This document shows positions 1-9,233 of a stretch of DNA of 37,013 nucleotides, piece by piece. The stretch is from a virus (taxonomy: Duplodnaviria; Heunggongvirae; Uroviricota; Caudoviricetes), in the IMG/VR virus record IMGVR_UViG_2531839666_000012. The stretch is one strand, 5' to 3'. The notes below the pieces were generated by a model. The model was not told where the DNA came from. It did not search any database and was given only the letters and a program-made list of their open reading frames with translations. Every line of letters begins with the position of its first letter. Position 1 is the first letter of the stretch. Both the position numbers and the translations under genes were made by a program.

Positions 1-368
1 TCCACCAGCAACAAAATCCACCACAGAAAAAAACGGTTGTCAGTATCGCCGTTGATCCGGAGTCTCCTGAATCGTTCATGAGGCGGCCTAAACGTCGCCG
101 TTGGGTTAATGAGAAATACACGCGCTGGGTAAAGACACAGCCGTGTGCGTGTTGTGGTAAGCCAGCTGACGATCCACATCACCTGATTGGTCATGGTCAG
201 GGGGGAGTGGGAACAAAGGCCCACGATATTTTCACGCTACCGTTGTGCCGGGAGCACCACAACGAACTTCATGCAGACCCGCTGAAGTTTGAGAAAAAGT
301 ACGGCTCTCAGATTGAGTTAATTTTTCGTTTTCTTGATCACGCCTTTGCGACTGGCGTGCTCGGGTAA
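1..368 (+). CDS. DUF968-family prophage protein (YdfU-like), C-terminal part; 5' end lies outside the window
   Basis: Frame is open from position 3 with no stop before the ATG at 78; Cys/His-rich motif CACCGKPADDPHH...CREHH; sits immediately upstream of rusA and Q as in Qin/Rac-type prophages. Confidence 0.55.
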   Translation, partial: HQQQNPPQKKTVVSIAVDPESPESFMRRPKRRRWVNEKYTRWVKTQPCACCGKPADDPHHLIGHGQGGVGTKAHDIFTLPLCREHHNELHADPLKFEKKYGSQIELIFRFLDHAFATGVLG

Positions 369-380
369 AAGAGGTGACTG

Positions 381-743
381 ATGCTCATAGATTTGGTTTT
401 ACCTTACCCGCCGACGGTGAACACTTACTGGCGACGCCGTGGCAGCACATATTTTGTATCAAAAGCCGGGGAGCGTTATCGCCGGGCAGTGGCGCTTATT
501 GTTCGCCAGCAGCGACTGAAATTAAGCCTGTCCGGACGGCTGGCAATAAAAATTATTGCAGAGCCACCGGATAAGCGCCGCCGTGACCTGGACAATATTC
601 TGAAAGCACCGCTGGATGCGCTGACGCACGCGGGGTTGTTAATGGACGATGAGCAGTTTGATGAAATCAATATTGTACGTGGCCAGCCAGTATCTGGTGG
701 ACGGCTGGAGATAAGAATTACAGAGGTGGGTGTGCATGAATAG
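381..743 (+). CDS. rusA: RusA-family Holliday junction resolvase
   Basis: 120 aa; N-terminal LPYPPTVNTYW, catalytic RRRDLDN motif and C-terminal GGRLEIRITE match recalled E. coli RusA; SD AGAGGTGA 7 nt upstream of ATG 381. Confidence 0.85.
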   Translation: MLIDLVLPYPPTVNTYWRRRGSTYFVSKAGERYRRAVALIVRQQRLKLSLSGRLAIKIIAEPPDKRRRDLDNILKAPLDALTHAGLLMDDEQFDEINIVRGQPVSGGRLEIRITEVGVHE

Positions 744-1425
744 CCAGTATTTACAGTTTGTTCGTGAGCAACTCATGATTGCCACTGCGGATCTCAGTGG
801 GTCGACAAAAGGCCAGCTGGAAGCCTGGCAGGAAAATGCCCTGTTCGATACAGGGCGTTACAGACGTAAAAAAATTCGTTACCGCGATGAGGTAACCGGA
901 AAAATGATCACGCGGGATAATCCACCGATCCCGGGCAAACAATCACTGGCGAAAGGGACGTCAATTGCTCTGGTCAGTCCGGTTGAGTTTGCAACATCAT
1001 CGTGGCGGCGTGCCGTTCTGGAACTGGAAGAACATCAGAAGGCGTGGTTACTGTGGTGCTACAGTGGAAATGTTTGCTGGGAAGATCAGGTCACCATAAC
1101 ACAGTGGGTGTGGAGTGAATTTAAAACTCAGTCCGGCTCCAGAAAAATTGCAGTGAAAACGCTGGAGCGTGTGAAGAAGTTGATCTGGCTGGCGGCACAG
1201 GATGTCAGAGGATGGGTTACCGGGTGTGAGGTCTACCAGAGACAGGAGCTTGCCAGACTGTGTGGAGTTAAGCCTGATAACTGGAGCCATAATTATGCGA
1301 ACTACTGGCGTGAGATGTGCGATATTTTTAAGCGCCTCGATAGAGAATCCTTGATTTGCTCCGTGAAAATAAGAGCGCAACAAAAAGCGACCTTTTCACG
1401 ACGAGATATTGCAAAAGTCAATTAA
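736..1425 (+). CDS. Q: Late-gene antitermination protein Q (Phage_antitermQ-like)
   Basis: About 230 aa ORF directly after rusA and before terminators and late genes; SD GAGGTG 7 nt upstream of ATG 736; family assignment is by synteny and general resemblance, not a verified alignment. Confidence 0.6.
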   Translation: MNSQYLQFVREQLMIATADLSGSTKGQLEAWQENALFDTGRYRRKKIRYRDEVTGKMITRDNPPIPGKQSLAKGTSIALVSPVEFATSSWRRAVLELEEHQKAWLLWCYSGNVCWEDQVTITQWVWSEFKTQSGSRKIAVKTLERVKKLIWLAAQDVRGWVTGCEVYQRQELARLCGVKPDNWSHNYANYWREMCDIFKRLDRESLICSVKIRAQQKATFSRRDIAKVN

Positions 1426-1485
1426 ATCGCGTATGTTTCGTATAAATCTGATATTTTGCCGATTTTGTACGCGATGGCAAAGTAA

Positions 1486-1514
1486 GAAAAAACCACCGCC
1501 AGGTGGTTTTTTTT
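1486..1514 (+). terminator. Rho-independent terminator (candidate tR') downstream of Q
   Basis: Hairpin aaCCACCgccaGGTGGtt followed by an 8-T run. Confidence 0.5.
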
Positions 1515-1637
1515 ATGTCCGAAAATCTCGTCAGTACAGTAAACGCGCTGGTGGTGGTGAATACCGGTCTTTCAGCTTGCTGGCTTTTTTGACAAGAGTT
1601 ATTGGTGTGTCACGTTAACCGGAAAAGGGAAAAAGAC

Positions 1638-1835
1638 ATGCTGAAACAGCAGGATATGACAGAAACCGCCAGAGTGGTGTTTAATGAATTAAGTGCCACC
1701 GAACCGGCGACAGTCGGGGAGATTGCGCAGAATACTTATCTTTCACGTGAACGCTGCCAGTTAATACTGACCCAGCTTGTTATGGCGGGTCTGGCAGACT
1801 ATCAGTTCGGTTGTTACAGACGCCTTCAGTCCTGA
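1638..1835 (+). CDS. Small hypothetical protein (65 aa)
   Basis: ATG at 1638 with SD AAGGGA 7 nt upstream; terminator immediately after the stop; no recognised family. Confidence 0.4.
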   Translation: MLKQQDMTETARVVFNELSATEPATVGEIAQNTYLSRERCQLILTQLVMAGLADYQFGCYRRLQS

Positions 1836-1849
1836 AGGCTTTTTTATTT
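1822..1849 (+). terminator. Rho-independent terminator
   Basis: Stem GCCTTCAg/tGAAGGC with loop tcc, followed by TTTTTTATTT. Confidence 0.5.
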
Positions 1850-1985
1850 GTGGTAAATGGGCGGCTGGTGGGTGTTAGGGGCACTCACCAGCCATCTGCT
1901 CATGCGTCCGGATCACAAGCAAACCTCAGGCCCACTGCTTTGCGCAAAAGCAGAATGAGCCTATCAGAGACAGGCTTAATGATCC

Positions 1986-3044
1986 ATGCTTAATACTGTA
2001 AAAATATCCAGTTGTAAGTTAATCAACGCCGACTGCCTGGAATTTATCCGGTCGTTACCCGAAAATTCTGTTGACCTGATAGTCACGGACCCGCCGTACT
2101 TTAAAGTGAAGCCTGAGGGCTGGGATAACCAGTGGAAGGGCGACGATGATTACCTGAAGTGGCTGGACCAGTGTCTGGCGCAGTTCTGGCGGGTGCTGAA
2201 ACCTGCCGGAAGTCTTTACCTGTTCTGTGGCCATCGCCTGGCATCTGACATTGAAATCATGATGCGTGAACGCTTCAGTGTGCTGAACCATATTATCTGG
2301 GCGAAGCCGTCCGGACGCTGGAACGGGTGCAACAAGGAAAGCCTGAGGGCGTATTTCCCCGCCACAGAGCGCATTCTGTTCGCGGAACATTATCAGGGGC
2401 CGTATCGTCCGAAAGATGCCGGGTATGAGGCGAAGGGCAGGGCACTGAAACAGCATGTGATGGCCCCGCTGATTGCTTACTTTCGTGATGCACGTGCTGC
2501 CCTGGGGATAACGGCAAAACAGATTGCTGATGCCACAGGAAAGAAAAACATGGTGTCGCACTGGTTCAGTGCCAGTCAGTGGCAGCTACCGGACGAAAGC
2601 GATTATCTGAAATTACAGGCGCTGTTTGCCCGGGTGGCAGAAGAGAAGCATCAGCGCGGAGAACTGGAAAAGCCACATCACCAACTGGTCAGCACATACA
2701 GTGAACTGAACCGACACTATACGGAACTGCAGAGTGAATATAAGCATCTGCGGCGGTATTTCGGTGTGACGGCGCAGGTGCCGTACACCGATGTGTGGAC
2801 GCATAAACCGGTGCAGTACTATCCCGGGAAACATCCGTGCGAAAAACCGGCAGAAATGCTGCAGCAGATAATCAGCGCGAGCAGTCGTCCGGGTGACCTG
2901 GTTGCAGATTTTTTCATGGGGTCGGGTTCGACAGTCAAAGCAGCGATGGCGCTGGGGCGTCGTGCAACTGGCGTTGAGCTGGAGACTGAACGTTTTGAGC
3001 AGACGGTCAGGGAAGTTCAGGATTTAGCCAGTCAGAACGGATGA
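1986..3044 (+). CDS. DNA methyltransferase, N6_N4_Mtase (beta-class) family
   Basis: 352 aa; motif IV IVTDPPYF near the N-terminus and motif I FFMGSGST near the C-terminus (order IV then I). Confidence 0.8.
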   Translation: MLNTVKISSCKLINADCLEFIRSLPENSVDLIVTDPPYFKVKPEGWDNQWKGDDDYLKWLDQCLAQFWRVLKPAGSLYLFCGHRLASDIEIMMRERFSVLNHIIWAKPSGRWNGCNKESLRAYFPATERILFAEHYQGPYRPKDAGYEAKGRALKQHVMAPLIAYFRDARAALGITAKQIADATGKKNMVSHWFSASQWQLPDESDYLKLQALFARVAEEKHQRGELEKPHHQLVSTYSELNRHYTELQSEYKHLRRYFGVTAQVPYTDVWTHKPVQYYPGKHPCEKPAEMLQQIISASSRPGDLVADFFMGSGSTVKAAMALGRRATGVELETERFEQTVREVQDLASQNG

Positions 3045-3084
3045 TATTGCAGGATTAGTTACGTACCGTTATTATCCTGCGCCC

Positions 3085-3160
3085 GGCCCTTTAGCTCAGT
3101 GGTGAGAGCGAGCGACTCATAATCGCCAGGTCGCTGGTTCAAATCCAGCAAGGGCCACCA
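3085..3160 (+). tRNA. tRNA-Ile2 (anticodon CAU, lysidine type; ileX/ileZ-like)
   Basis: 76 nt cloverleaf: acceptor GGCCCTT/AAGGGCC, anticodon loop CTCATAA, T-loop TTCAAAT, encoded CCA; near-identical to recalled E. coli ileX. Confidence 0.8.
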
Positions 3161-3167
3161 TCACATA

Positions 3168-3244
3168 CCGCCATTAGCTCATCGGGATAGAGCGCCAGCC
3201 TTCGAAGCTGGTTGCGCGGGGTTCGAGTCCTCGATGGCGGTCCA
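3168..3244 (+). tRNA. tRNA-Arg (anticodon UCG)
   Basis: 77 nt; acceptor CCGCCAT/ATGGCGG, anticodon stem CCAGC/GCTGG with loop CTTCGAA, T-loop TTCGAGT, encoded CCA. Confidence 0.75.
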
Positions 3245-3257
3245 TTATCTGTACACT

Positions 3258-3334
3258 GCGTTGTTAGCTCAGCCGGACAGAGCAATTGCCTTCTAAGCAA
3301 TCGGTCACTGGTTCGAATCCAGTACAACGCACCA
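3258..3334 (+). tRNA. tRNA-Arg (anticodon UCU, argU-like rare-codon tRNA)
   Basis: 77 nt; acceptor GCGTTGT/ACAACGC, anticodon stem ATTGC/GCAAT with loop CTTCTAA, T-loop TTCGAAT, encoded CCA. Confidence 0.8.
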
Positions 3335-3419
3335 CACTTATTTTTCCTGGCTCGCTTTTGTGGGCCTTTTTTGCCTCCGCGCCACGCCCGGCGCATATCA
3401 ACCACAGAGCCTTTCACAA

Positions 3420-4355
3420 ATGGTTTTTCAGGAGTCCAATAATCGCGATGTCGCCAGAAAATACGCAGAGTACATCACGTCCGTTCCTTTGCGTCGGTTT
3501 GTCGCTGAAAAAGTGCGGGAATATTGTGGTGATCTGCCCCTGAGTATTTTTGATGGTGCGTGTGGCTCCGGGCAACTGGAGCAGTTTCTCACGGTGGGAA
3601 GTCTGTATGCTGTGGATATACAGGCCTCTCCGTTGGTGCATATCCCGGATAATTTCCCGGATGCCACAGTGAAGACGGTCAATGAAAATTTCTTCAACGC
3701 CATCGATGATGTCAGTGACACGGACACGTTCGATTGTGTCATCATGAATCCGCCTTTTTCGCTACAGTACAAAGCACAGAGCGCGGATATCAGGGAGAAG
3801 ATTTCAGCGATGATGCCTTATAAAAAGACCTCCGGTGTTCTGGATGACGCGTTTTATGTTCTGGCGAGCATGAAGGCAAGATTTTCATTTTTTTTGTGCT
3901 TTCCCGGGGTTGGTTACAGGCGTGGTGAGCTGGCAATGCGTCAGTATTTTGGCAACCGCGTTGTTGAGTTGGTTCAGATTTCAGGCGGGTTCGCTGATAC
4001 ATCGGTTTCTGTATTATTCGTCATTATTGATAACGAAAAGCAAAGCGATGATGTTGTTGTTTATGGCGTCGGGTTTAATGGGGAAACTTGCAAAAAGTCA
4101 GCGCCGGTGACGGAGAAGATTAACACAGACAACTGGAACAGGCCGTACATTGCTGAAGAGAAGGAGGTCATTGACATTGTACAGGTGACGGCTGAGTTGC
4201 TTGTAAGGCAAACAAGAAGACGGAAACTTGAAGATGAGCATAACGCCTTTGTGTGGTCCTTAATGAGTGATGATCAGCGGACGGAGGTTTCCCGTTTTCT
4301 GTCAGTGCACGGTTTGTTTTTTGATGCCGGTTCAGGTTGTGTGCACATACGTTAA
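3420..4355 (+). CDS. N6-adenine DNA methyltransferase (gamma-class), no adjacent restriction enzyme
   Basis: Motif I FDGACGSG then motif IV VIMNPPFS; start uncertain (ATG 3420 or GTG 3360, both lack a clear SD). Confidence 0.7.
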   Translation: MVFQESNNRDVARKYAEYITSVPLRRFVAEKVREYCGDLPLSIFDGACGSGQLEQFLTVGSLYAVDIQASPLVHIPDNFPDATVKTVNENFFNAIDDVSDTDTFDCVIMNPPFSLQYKAQSADIREKISAMMPYKKTSGVLDDAFYVLASMKARFSFFLCFPGVGYRRGELAMRQYFGNRVVELVQISGGFADTSVSVLFVIIDNEKQSDDVVVYGVGFNGETCKKSAPVTEKINTDNWNRPYIAEEKEVIDIVQVTAELLVRQTRRRKLEDEHNAFVWSLMSDDQRTEVSRFLSVHGLFFDAGSGCVHIR

Positions 4356-4404
4356 ATCTGGTGCCGGTCGCTGGTTGCCGGTGTCGTGATGATTGTCTTC
4401 CTGT

Positions 4405-4660
4405 TGCCCCGAAAATTTTAAATGTCTCACAATTCAGACGGTTGACAGTTGTCTGATTTGCGGGGAGTTTGTTAAAAGAAACTGGCATGGTGAATCCCCC
4501 TGAGCGGAGGGGCATATCAGCGACAGGTGTTTGGTTACATCCCTTATCCTTTCTGTGCGGGTTCAGGTGCTGATACTGAACTCACCGGGAGGCACCCGGC
4601 ACCATGCGCATGATGATACAGATACGCAGCGTCAGCCCCTCTCCGGAGGGGCTTTTCTGT
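4405..4660 (+). repeat. Hairpin-rich noncoding element, copy A (candidate sRNA gene)
   Basis: Shares with copy B a CA-rich box CTCACAATTCAG, TTGACA/TTGAAG -35-like hexamer, GC hairpin CCCCCTGAGCGGAGGGG, box CTGAACTCACCGGGAGGCACCCGGCA and terminator hairpin AGCCCCTCtccgGAGGGGCT+TTTT (4634-4660). Confidence 0.5.
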
Positions 4661-4892
4661 GCCGGATACATCACAGTTTCTGGAACCTTGGGTACTACAG
4701 TATCAGTCAGGGTGCTATATTTTCAGATGTGATGAAAGCCTGTCAGCAGGCAGGGCGTATCGGAAATGACCCAGTAGAGAAAACGTTGACTCAGATACCG
4801 GTGCTGAGTTACCGGGAAACCGGCATCACATGACCGCTATCCTTCCAGGCCCGTCCGCTCCGGTGGGCCTTTTTACTGCAGAAAACAGGTTC

Positions 4893-5148
4893 CCCGTTAA
4901 ATGCTATGTTGCTCACAATTCAGTCAGTTGAAGGTTGTCTTCCCGACTGAGAATTTGTTAAAAAATTTCTGCATGATGAATCCCCCTGTGCGGAGGGGCG
5001 GCTGGTGTACGGTATGGTCTCTGATGATCGTTAGCGAGAATGACGCGGGTTCGGTGGCACCGGGCTGAACTCACCGGGAGGCACCCGGCATCATGCAATG
5101 AACGGTACATAGCGCTACTCCAGCCCCTCTCCGGAGGGGCTTTCTTAT
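4893..5148 (+). repeat. Hairpin-rich noncoding element, copy B (candidate sRNA gene)
   Basis: Paralogue of copy A about 486 bp downstream with the same conserved boxes and terminator hairpin (5122-5148); a minus-strand terminator (GCCCGCAT/ATGCGGGC after an A-run) follows at 5152-5181. Confidence 0.5.
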
Positions 5149-5378
5149 GGATAAAAAAAGCCCGCATGGTGAGATGCGGGCAGCAAGGAATAAACAACAA
5201 AACGTGAAGTAATCAATTTTTCAGCTGGCGAATAATACCCGACAGTAATCACTCTGCGCAACTGCGCGGCCTTTTTCGTATTGCGGGCTGTAGTCTTCCT
5301 TCTGTCATTGTCCTGTAACTTCCGGACTTCAGCCCGCCCCTTATCTGACTCACAACATTATCCCGACCGGGAGGATTC

Positions 5379-6855
5379 ATGGCATTTAAACACTATGACG
5401 TGGTCAGGGCGGCGTCGCCGTCAGACCTTGCGGAGCGACTGACTCAAAAACTGAAGGAGGGGTGGCAGCCATTTGGCAGCCCGGTGGCCATCACGCCTTA
5501 TACCCTGATGCAGGCCATTGCGGCGGAAGGTGATGTCACCACACCTGTGGTGGTGAAGCCGTCGGATGGAGAAGGCACAGTTATCAGCGCCACCAGCGAC
5601 CCAGAGTATTACTACGTGATTACGCTGGCTGGCCAGTCAAACAGCATGGCATATGGTGAAGGCCTTCCGCTGCCGGAGACATATGACCGTCCGGACCCGC
5701 GTATTAAGCAGCTGGCGCGTCGCAGTACAGTGACACCGGGAGGTACTCCCTGTAAATATAACGACATCATTCCGGCAGACCATTGTCTTCATGATGTTGA
5801 AGATATGACCAGGCTAAAACCCCCCAAAGCTAAAGATGCAGAATACGGTTGTGTTGGCCAGGGTTTGCATATTGGTAAGAAACTACTGCCATTTATCCCT
5901 GCTAATGCAGGTATTCTGCTGGTCCCTTGTGGACGTGGCGGATCAGGCTTTAGTACCGGAACAGAAGGACAGTATTATGAAGCCTCTGGCGCAATCGACG
6001 CATCATCAAAATGGGGGCTTGGGACACCTCTATATAAAGATCTGGTTGCCAGAACCAAAGCTGCATTAGACAAAAACAAAAAGAACGTATTTCTTGGCGT
6101 TGTCTGGATGCAGGGTGAGGCAGATATGGCTGCCGGAAAACATGCAGAACACAATGCACTTTTCCTGAAAATGGTTGAAGGTTTCCGCACTGAGTTAGAG
6201 AAATATGATGCTCAATGCGTATATGGTAGTGCTGCGAAAGTCCCCTGGATTTGCGGCGATACCACGTATTACTGGAAAACCAAATACGCGTCTCAATATG
6301 AAGTTGTGTACGGTGGTTACAAAGGGAAAACGGATAAGGCTATTTATTTTGTTCCGTTTATGACGGATGAAAATAATGCAAATGTTACAACCAATAAGCC
6401 CGAGGAAGACCCGGATATTGAAGCTATTGGATATTATGGCTCCAAATGGCGTGATAGTTCAACAACATGGACGTCACAGTACAGAGATAGCCATTTTAGC
6501 TCATGGGCTCGTCGAGGTATCGTTTCGGATCGACTGGCAACAGCAATTGTAACCTATGCAGGTAAATCATCTGCCTTTGTGAATGGTATTACAGAAGTAA
6601 CAGCACCGGAAGAGGCGCCAACATCTTCTTCATCGCCAGCTTCTGAAGCTCATAATGAAGAAAATACGGTTGCCACTTCGGAGTCTGTCATTCTCTACGA
6701 TGCCAAAAAAGCTTCGGACAATCAGCTGAAACCTTATGGCTGGGACGGTATGGATGGCAGACGCACACTGGTTGATGACAGCGGCAATAAAGCTCTGCGA
6801 ATTGAGAAAAATAACAGCGCGAAATCCTGGTCAATGTACTGTGATATTGCTGCAG
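5379..6855 (+). pseudogene. nanS-p: nanS-p (prophage sialate O-acetylesterase), N-terminal part, interrupted by an IS
   Basis: DUF1737-like N-terminus, SGNH/sialate esterase motifs ITLAGQSNSMAYGEG and WMQGEAD; SD GGGAGG before ATG 5379; frame runs into the IS left end at 6856 and stops 29 nt inside it. Confidence 0.8.
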
Positions 6856-6909
6856 TGAATCGCCCCGGGAATCCTGGAGACTAAACTCCTTGAGAGAGAG
6901 GTAAACAGG

Positions 6910-7236
6910 ATGACTAAAAATACGCGCTTTTCCCCTGAGGTCCGTCAGCGGGCCGTTCGTATGGTTATCGAAAGCCAGAATGACTATGACTCGCAGTGGG
7001 CGGCCATCAGCTCCATCGCCCCTAAAATCGGCTGTACGCCTGAGACCCTGCGTACCTGGCTGCGTCAGTATGAGCGCGATGCCGGTGCAGGTGACGGCGG
7101 ACTGAGCACCACTGAACGTCAGCGTCTGAAGGAACTGGAGCGTGAAAACCGCGAACTGCGCCGCAGCAACGATATCCTGCGCCAGGCTTCCGCGTATTTT
7201 GCGAAGGCGGAGTTCGACCGCCTGTGGAAAAAATAG
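6910..7236 (+). CDS. IS3-family transposase OrfA (HTH/leucine zipper)
   Basis: 108 aa, [19 protein letters not shown]... matches recalled IS629/IS1203 OrfA; ends at an A6 slippery run (7228-7233). Confidence 0.85.
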   Translation: MTKNTRFSPEVRQRAVRMVIESQNDYDSQWAAISSIAPKIGCTPETLRTWLRQYERDAGAGDGGLSTTERQRLKELERENRELRRSNDILRQASAYFAKAEFDRLWKK

Positions 7237-8123
7237 CGCCTCTGGTGGATACCCTGCGTGGTGCGCACGGGGTCGGACCGGTATGCCACGAGCTGGCTGT
7301 CGCCCCGTCAACGTATTACCGGCATCGTGCGCATCAACGGCATCCGGATAAACGCAGTCAGCGGGCACAGCGTGATGACCTGCTGAAGCCGGAGATACAG
7401 CGCGTGTACGATGAAAACCACAGCGTGTACGGTGTGCGCAAGGTCTGGCGCCAGTTGTTGCGTGAGGGGGTGACCGTGGCCAGGTGCACAGTAGAACGGC
7501 TGATGAAGGTGATGGGGCTTGCCGGTGTGCGCCGGGGTAAAAAGGTCCGCACCACAGTCAGCCGGAAAGAAGCCGCTGCGGGTGACCGGGTGAACCGCCA
7601 GTTCGTGGCAGAACGCCCCGACCAGCTGTGGGTGGCTGACTTCACGTATGTGAGCACCTGGCAGGGCTTCGCTTACGTGGCGTTCATCATCGATGTGTTC
7701 GCCGGCGTCATTGTGGGCTGGCGGGTCTCATCGTCGATGAAAACGACGTTCGTGCTGGATGCACTGGAGCAGGCGCTGTGGGCCCGTCGCCCGTCGGGCA
7801 CCATCCATCACTCAGATAAGGGGTCACAATATGTGTCGCTGGCATACACTCAGCGGCTTAAGGATGCAGAGTTGCTGGCGTCAACCGGCAGCACAGGCGA
7901 CTCATATGACAACGCGATGGCGGAGAGCATCAACGGACTTTATAAAGCGGAGGTGATACATCGTAAGAGCTGGAAAAACCGCGCCGAAGTGGAACTGGCC
8001 ACACTGACGTGGGTGGACTGGTACAATAACCGACGGTTGCTGGAACGACTGGGTCATATCCCGCCGGCAGAAGCGGAAAAGGCATATTACGCTTCCATCG
8101 GAAATGGTGGTCTGGCAGCCTGA
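7224..8123 (+). CDS. IS3-family transposase OrfB (DDE catalytic domain)
   Basis: 299 aa in the -1 frame relative to orfA, overlapping its 3' end; likely made as an OrfAB fusion by programmed -1 frameshift. Confidence 0.85.
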   Translation: MEKIAPLVDTLRGAHGVGPVCHELAVAPSTYYRHRAHQRHPDKRSQRAQRDDLLKPEIQRVYDENHSVYGVRKVWRQLLREGVTVARCTVERLMKVMGLAGVRRGKKVRTTVSRKEAAAGDRVNRQFVAERPDQLWVADFTYVSTWQGFAYVAFIIDVFAGVIVGWRVSSSMKTTFVLDALEQALWARRPSGTIHHSDKGSQYVSLAYTQRLKDAELLASTGSTGDSYDNAMAESINGLYKAEVIHRKSWKNRAEVELATLTWVDWYNNRRLLERLGHIPPAEAEKAYYASIGNGGLAA

Positions 8124-8165
8124 GTTCACAGATAAAACACTCTCCCGGAAAACCGGGGCGGTTCA

Positions 8166-8650
8166 CAGACAAGGCAAAACTGTTACTGGAAAAAGGCGGG
8201 GAAATTGCTGTCCGGTTTAAAATCCCTGAAAACGTCAATCTTGAAACAACCAGAAACAAGTATGCCTTTGGTTTGTACTGGCGAATAGCGGAATGGCCGG
8301 GTGAGGGTGGTGAAGGCTATCTGAGTTCTTTCTTTGTCCAGACAGATAAAGCCAGTATTGATGTTGCATACCATCATACAGGTAATCAACAAAAAGAACT
8401 TGGCACGTTTGGCGCATTCGACCATGACTGGCATACGCTTGCATTTAAATTTAAGGGCAGTAACAGCATTAATGTTACTCCGGTGTTTGATGATGTGGAT
8501 GGACAGGCGTTTGACCTGGTGAAATGGGCCAATACTGCTAATGAACTCAACAGGTTTGTCATTACGGATATTACAGGTACTGCTGAAACTTACCCTGTAC
8601 TTATTGATACGGTGGAAGTTAAAGCAAACAAAGCTGGAGCAGCCGCATAA
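8166..8650 (+). pseudogene. nanS-p: nanS-p C-terminal fragment displaced by the IS
   Basis: Frame is open from 8168 to the stop at 8650 and, after removing the IS plus one CAG copy, is in frame with the 5379 ORF (offset 1313 = 2 mod 3). Confidence 0.65.
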
Positions 8651-8779
8651 TTGCTAAAAAAAGCCGCCAGCGGCAGGAATGGAAGCTGGCGGCTGGTAAA
8701 ACGACCATGATGACACCGAAGTCTGCGGTGTTTTTCTACAAAAATAAGTAAATCATGTCAACTATCACGGTGAGAAACC

Positions 8780-8962
8780 ATGACATTTCTGAACCAGTTA
8801 ATGCTGTACTTCTGTACGGCGGTCTGTGTGCTGTATCTTCTTTCGGGTGGGTACAGGGCAGTGCGCGATTTCTGGCGCAGGCAGATTGATAAAAGGGCCG
8901 CTGAGAAAATCAGCGCCAGTCAGTCAGCCGGAAGCAAACCCGAAGAGCCCATTACTCCTTAA
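8780..8962 (+). CDS. Hypothetical small membrane protein (60 aa)
   Basis: ORF with a hydrophobic N-terminal segment (LMLYFCTAVCVLYLLSGG); no family recognised. Confidence 0.35.
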   Translation: MTFLNQLMLYFCTAVCVLYLLSGGYRAVRDFWRRQIDKRAAEKISASQSAGSKPEEPITP

Positions 8963-8987
8963 TAACCCCTTTCAGCGAGAAAATCCT

Positions 8988-9233
8988 ATGTCAGAAGTAA
9001 AACCCCTGGTCACTGCTGAAGCAGTGAAGGAAGTCCTGCGCTCTGAAGAAGTCCTGAGCGCACTGAAACAGAAACTCCGCCAGAACCTTGAGTCGCGTCT
9101 TGATGCAGAAGTGGAGGCCATTCTGGATGAACTGCTGGGCGCACCGGCTGTTCCGGAGCCGGAAGGCATTGCGGGTGACGGGAGTGCTTCAGATGGCGGT
9201 GAACCCACACCCGACAGCGACATGATGATGTAA
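8988..9233 (+). CDS. Hypothetical acidic protein (81 aa)
   Basis: ATG 8988 preceded by GAGAAAA; acidic coiled-coil-like composition; immediately upstream of the holin. Confidence 0.45.
   Translation: MSEVKPLVTAEAVKEVLRSEEVLSALKQKLRQNLESRLDAEVEAILDELLGAPAVPEPEGIAGDGSASDGGEPTPDSDMMM

Larger units (their letters stand above)
6856..8165 (+). mobile_element. IS3-family insertion sequence, IS629-like (1310 bp)
   Basis: Imperfect terminal inverted repeats TGAATCGCCCCGGGAATCC (left) and, reverse-complemented, TGAACCGCCCCGGTTTTCC (right); 3-bp direct repeat CAG at 6853-6855 and 8166-8168; orfA/orfB in -1 arrangement. Confidence 0.85.

Noticed and set aside
3448-3543. Small ORF (MSPENTQ...) with a good SD overlapping the start of the second methyltransferase
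   Set aside because: It could mean the methyltransferase N-terminus is frameshifted, but the methyltransferase-frame translation looks more protein-like and reaches motif I without interruption; kept as an uncertainty only.
4531-4833. 100-aa plus-strand ORF inside copy A of the hairpin-rich element
   Set aside because: Runs through two GC hairpins and a terminator, has no SD, and the paralogous copy B has no equivalent ORF (ATG followed almost immediately by a stop); the conserved feature is RNA-like.
3335-5378. Shiga toxin genes at the canonical position downstream of the Q-tRNA block
   Set aside because: No ORFs of stxA (about 320 aa) or stxB (about 90 aa) type are present; the locus instead holds a methyltransferase and noncoding elements.
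6688-7368. 226-aa minus-strand ORF spanning the nanS-p/IS junction
   Set aside because: Crosses the IS boundary and is antisense to nanS-p and the transposase orfA; cannot be an ancestral gene.
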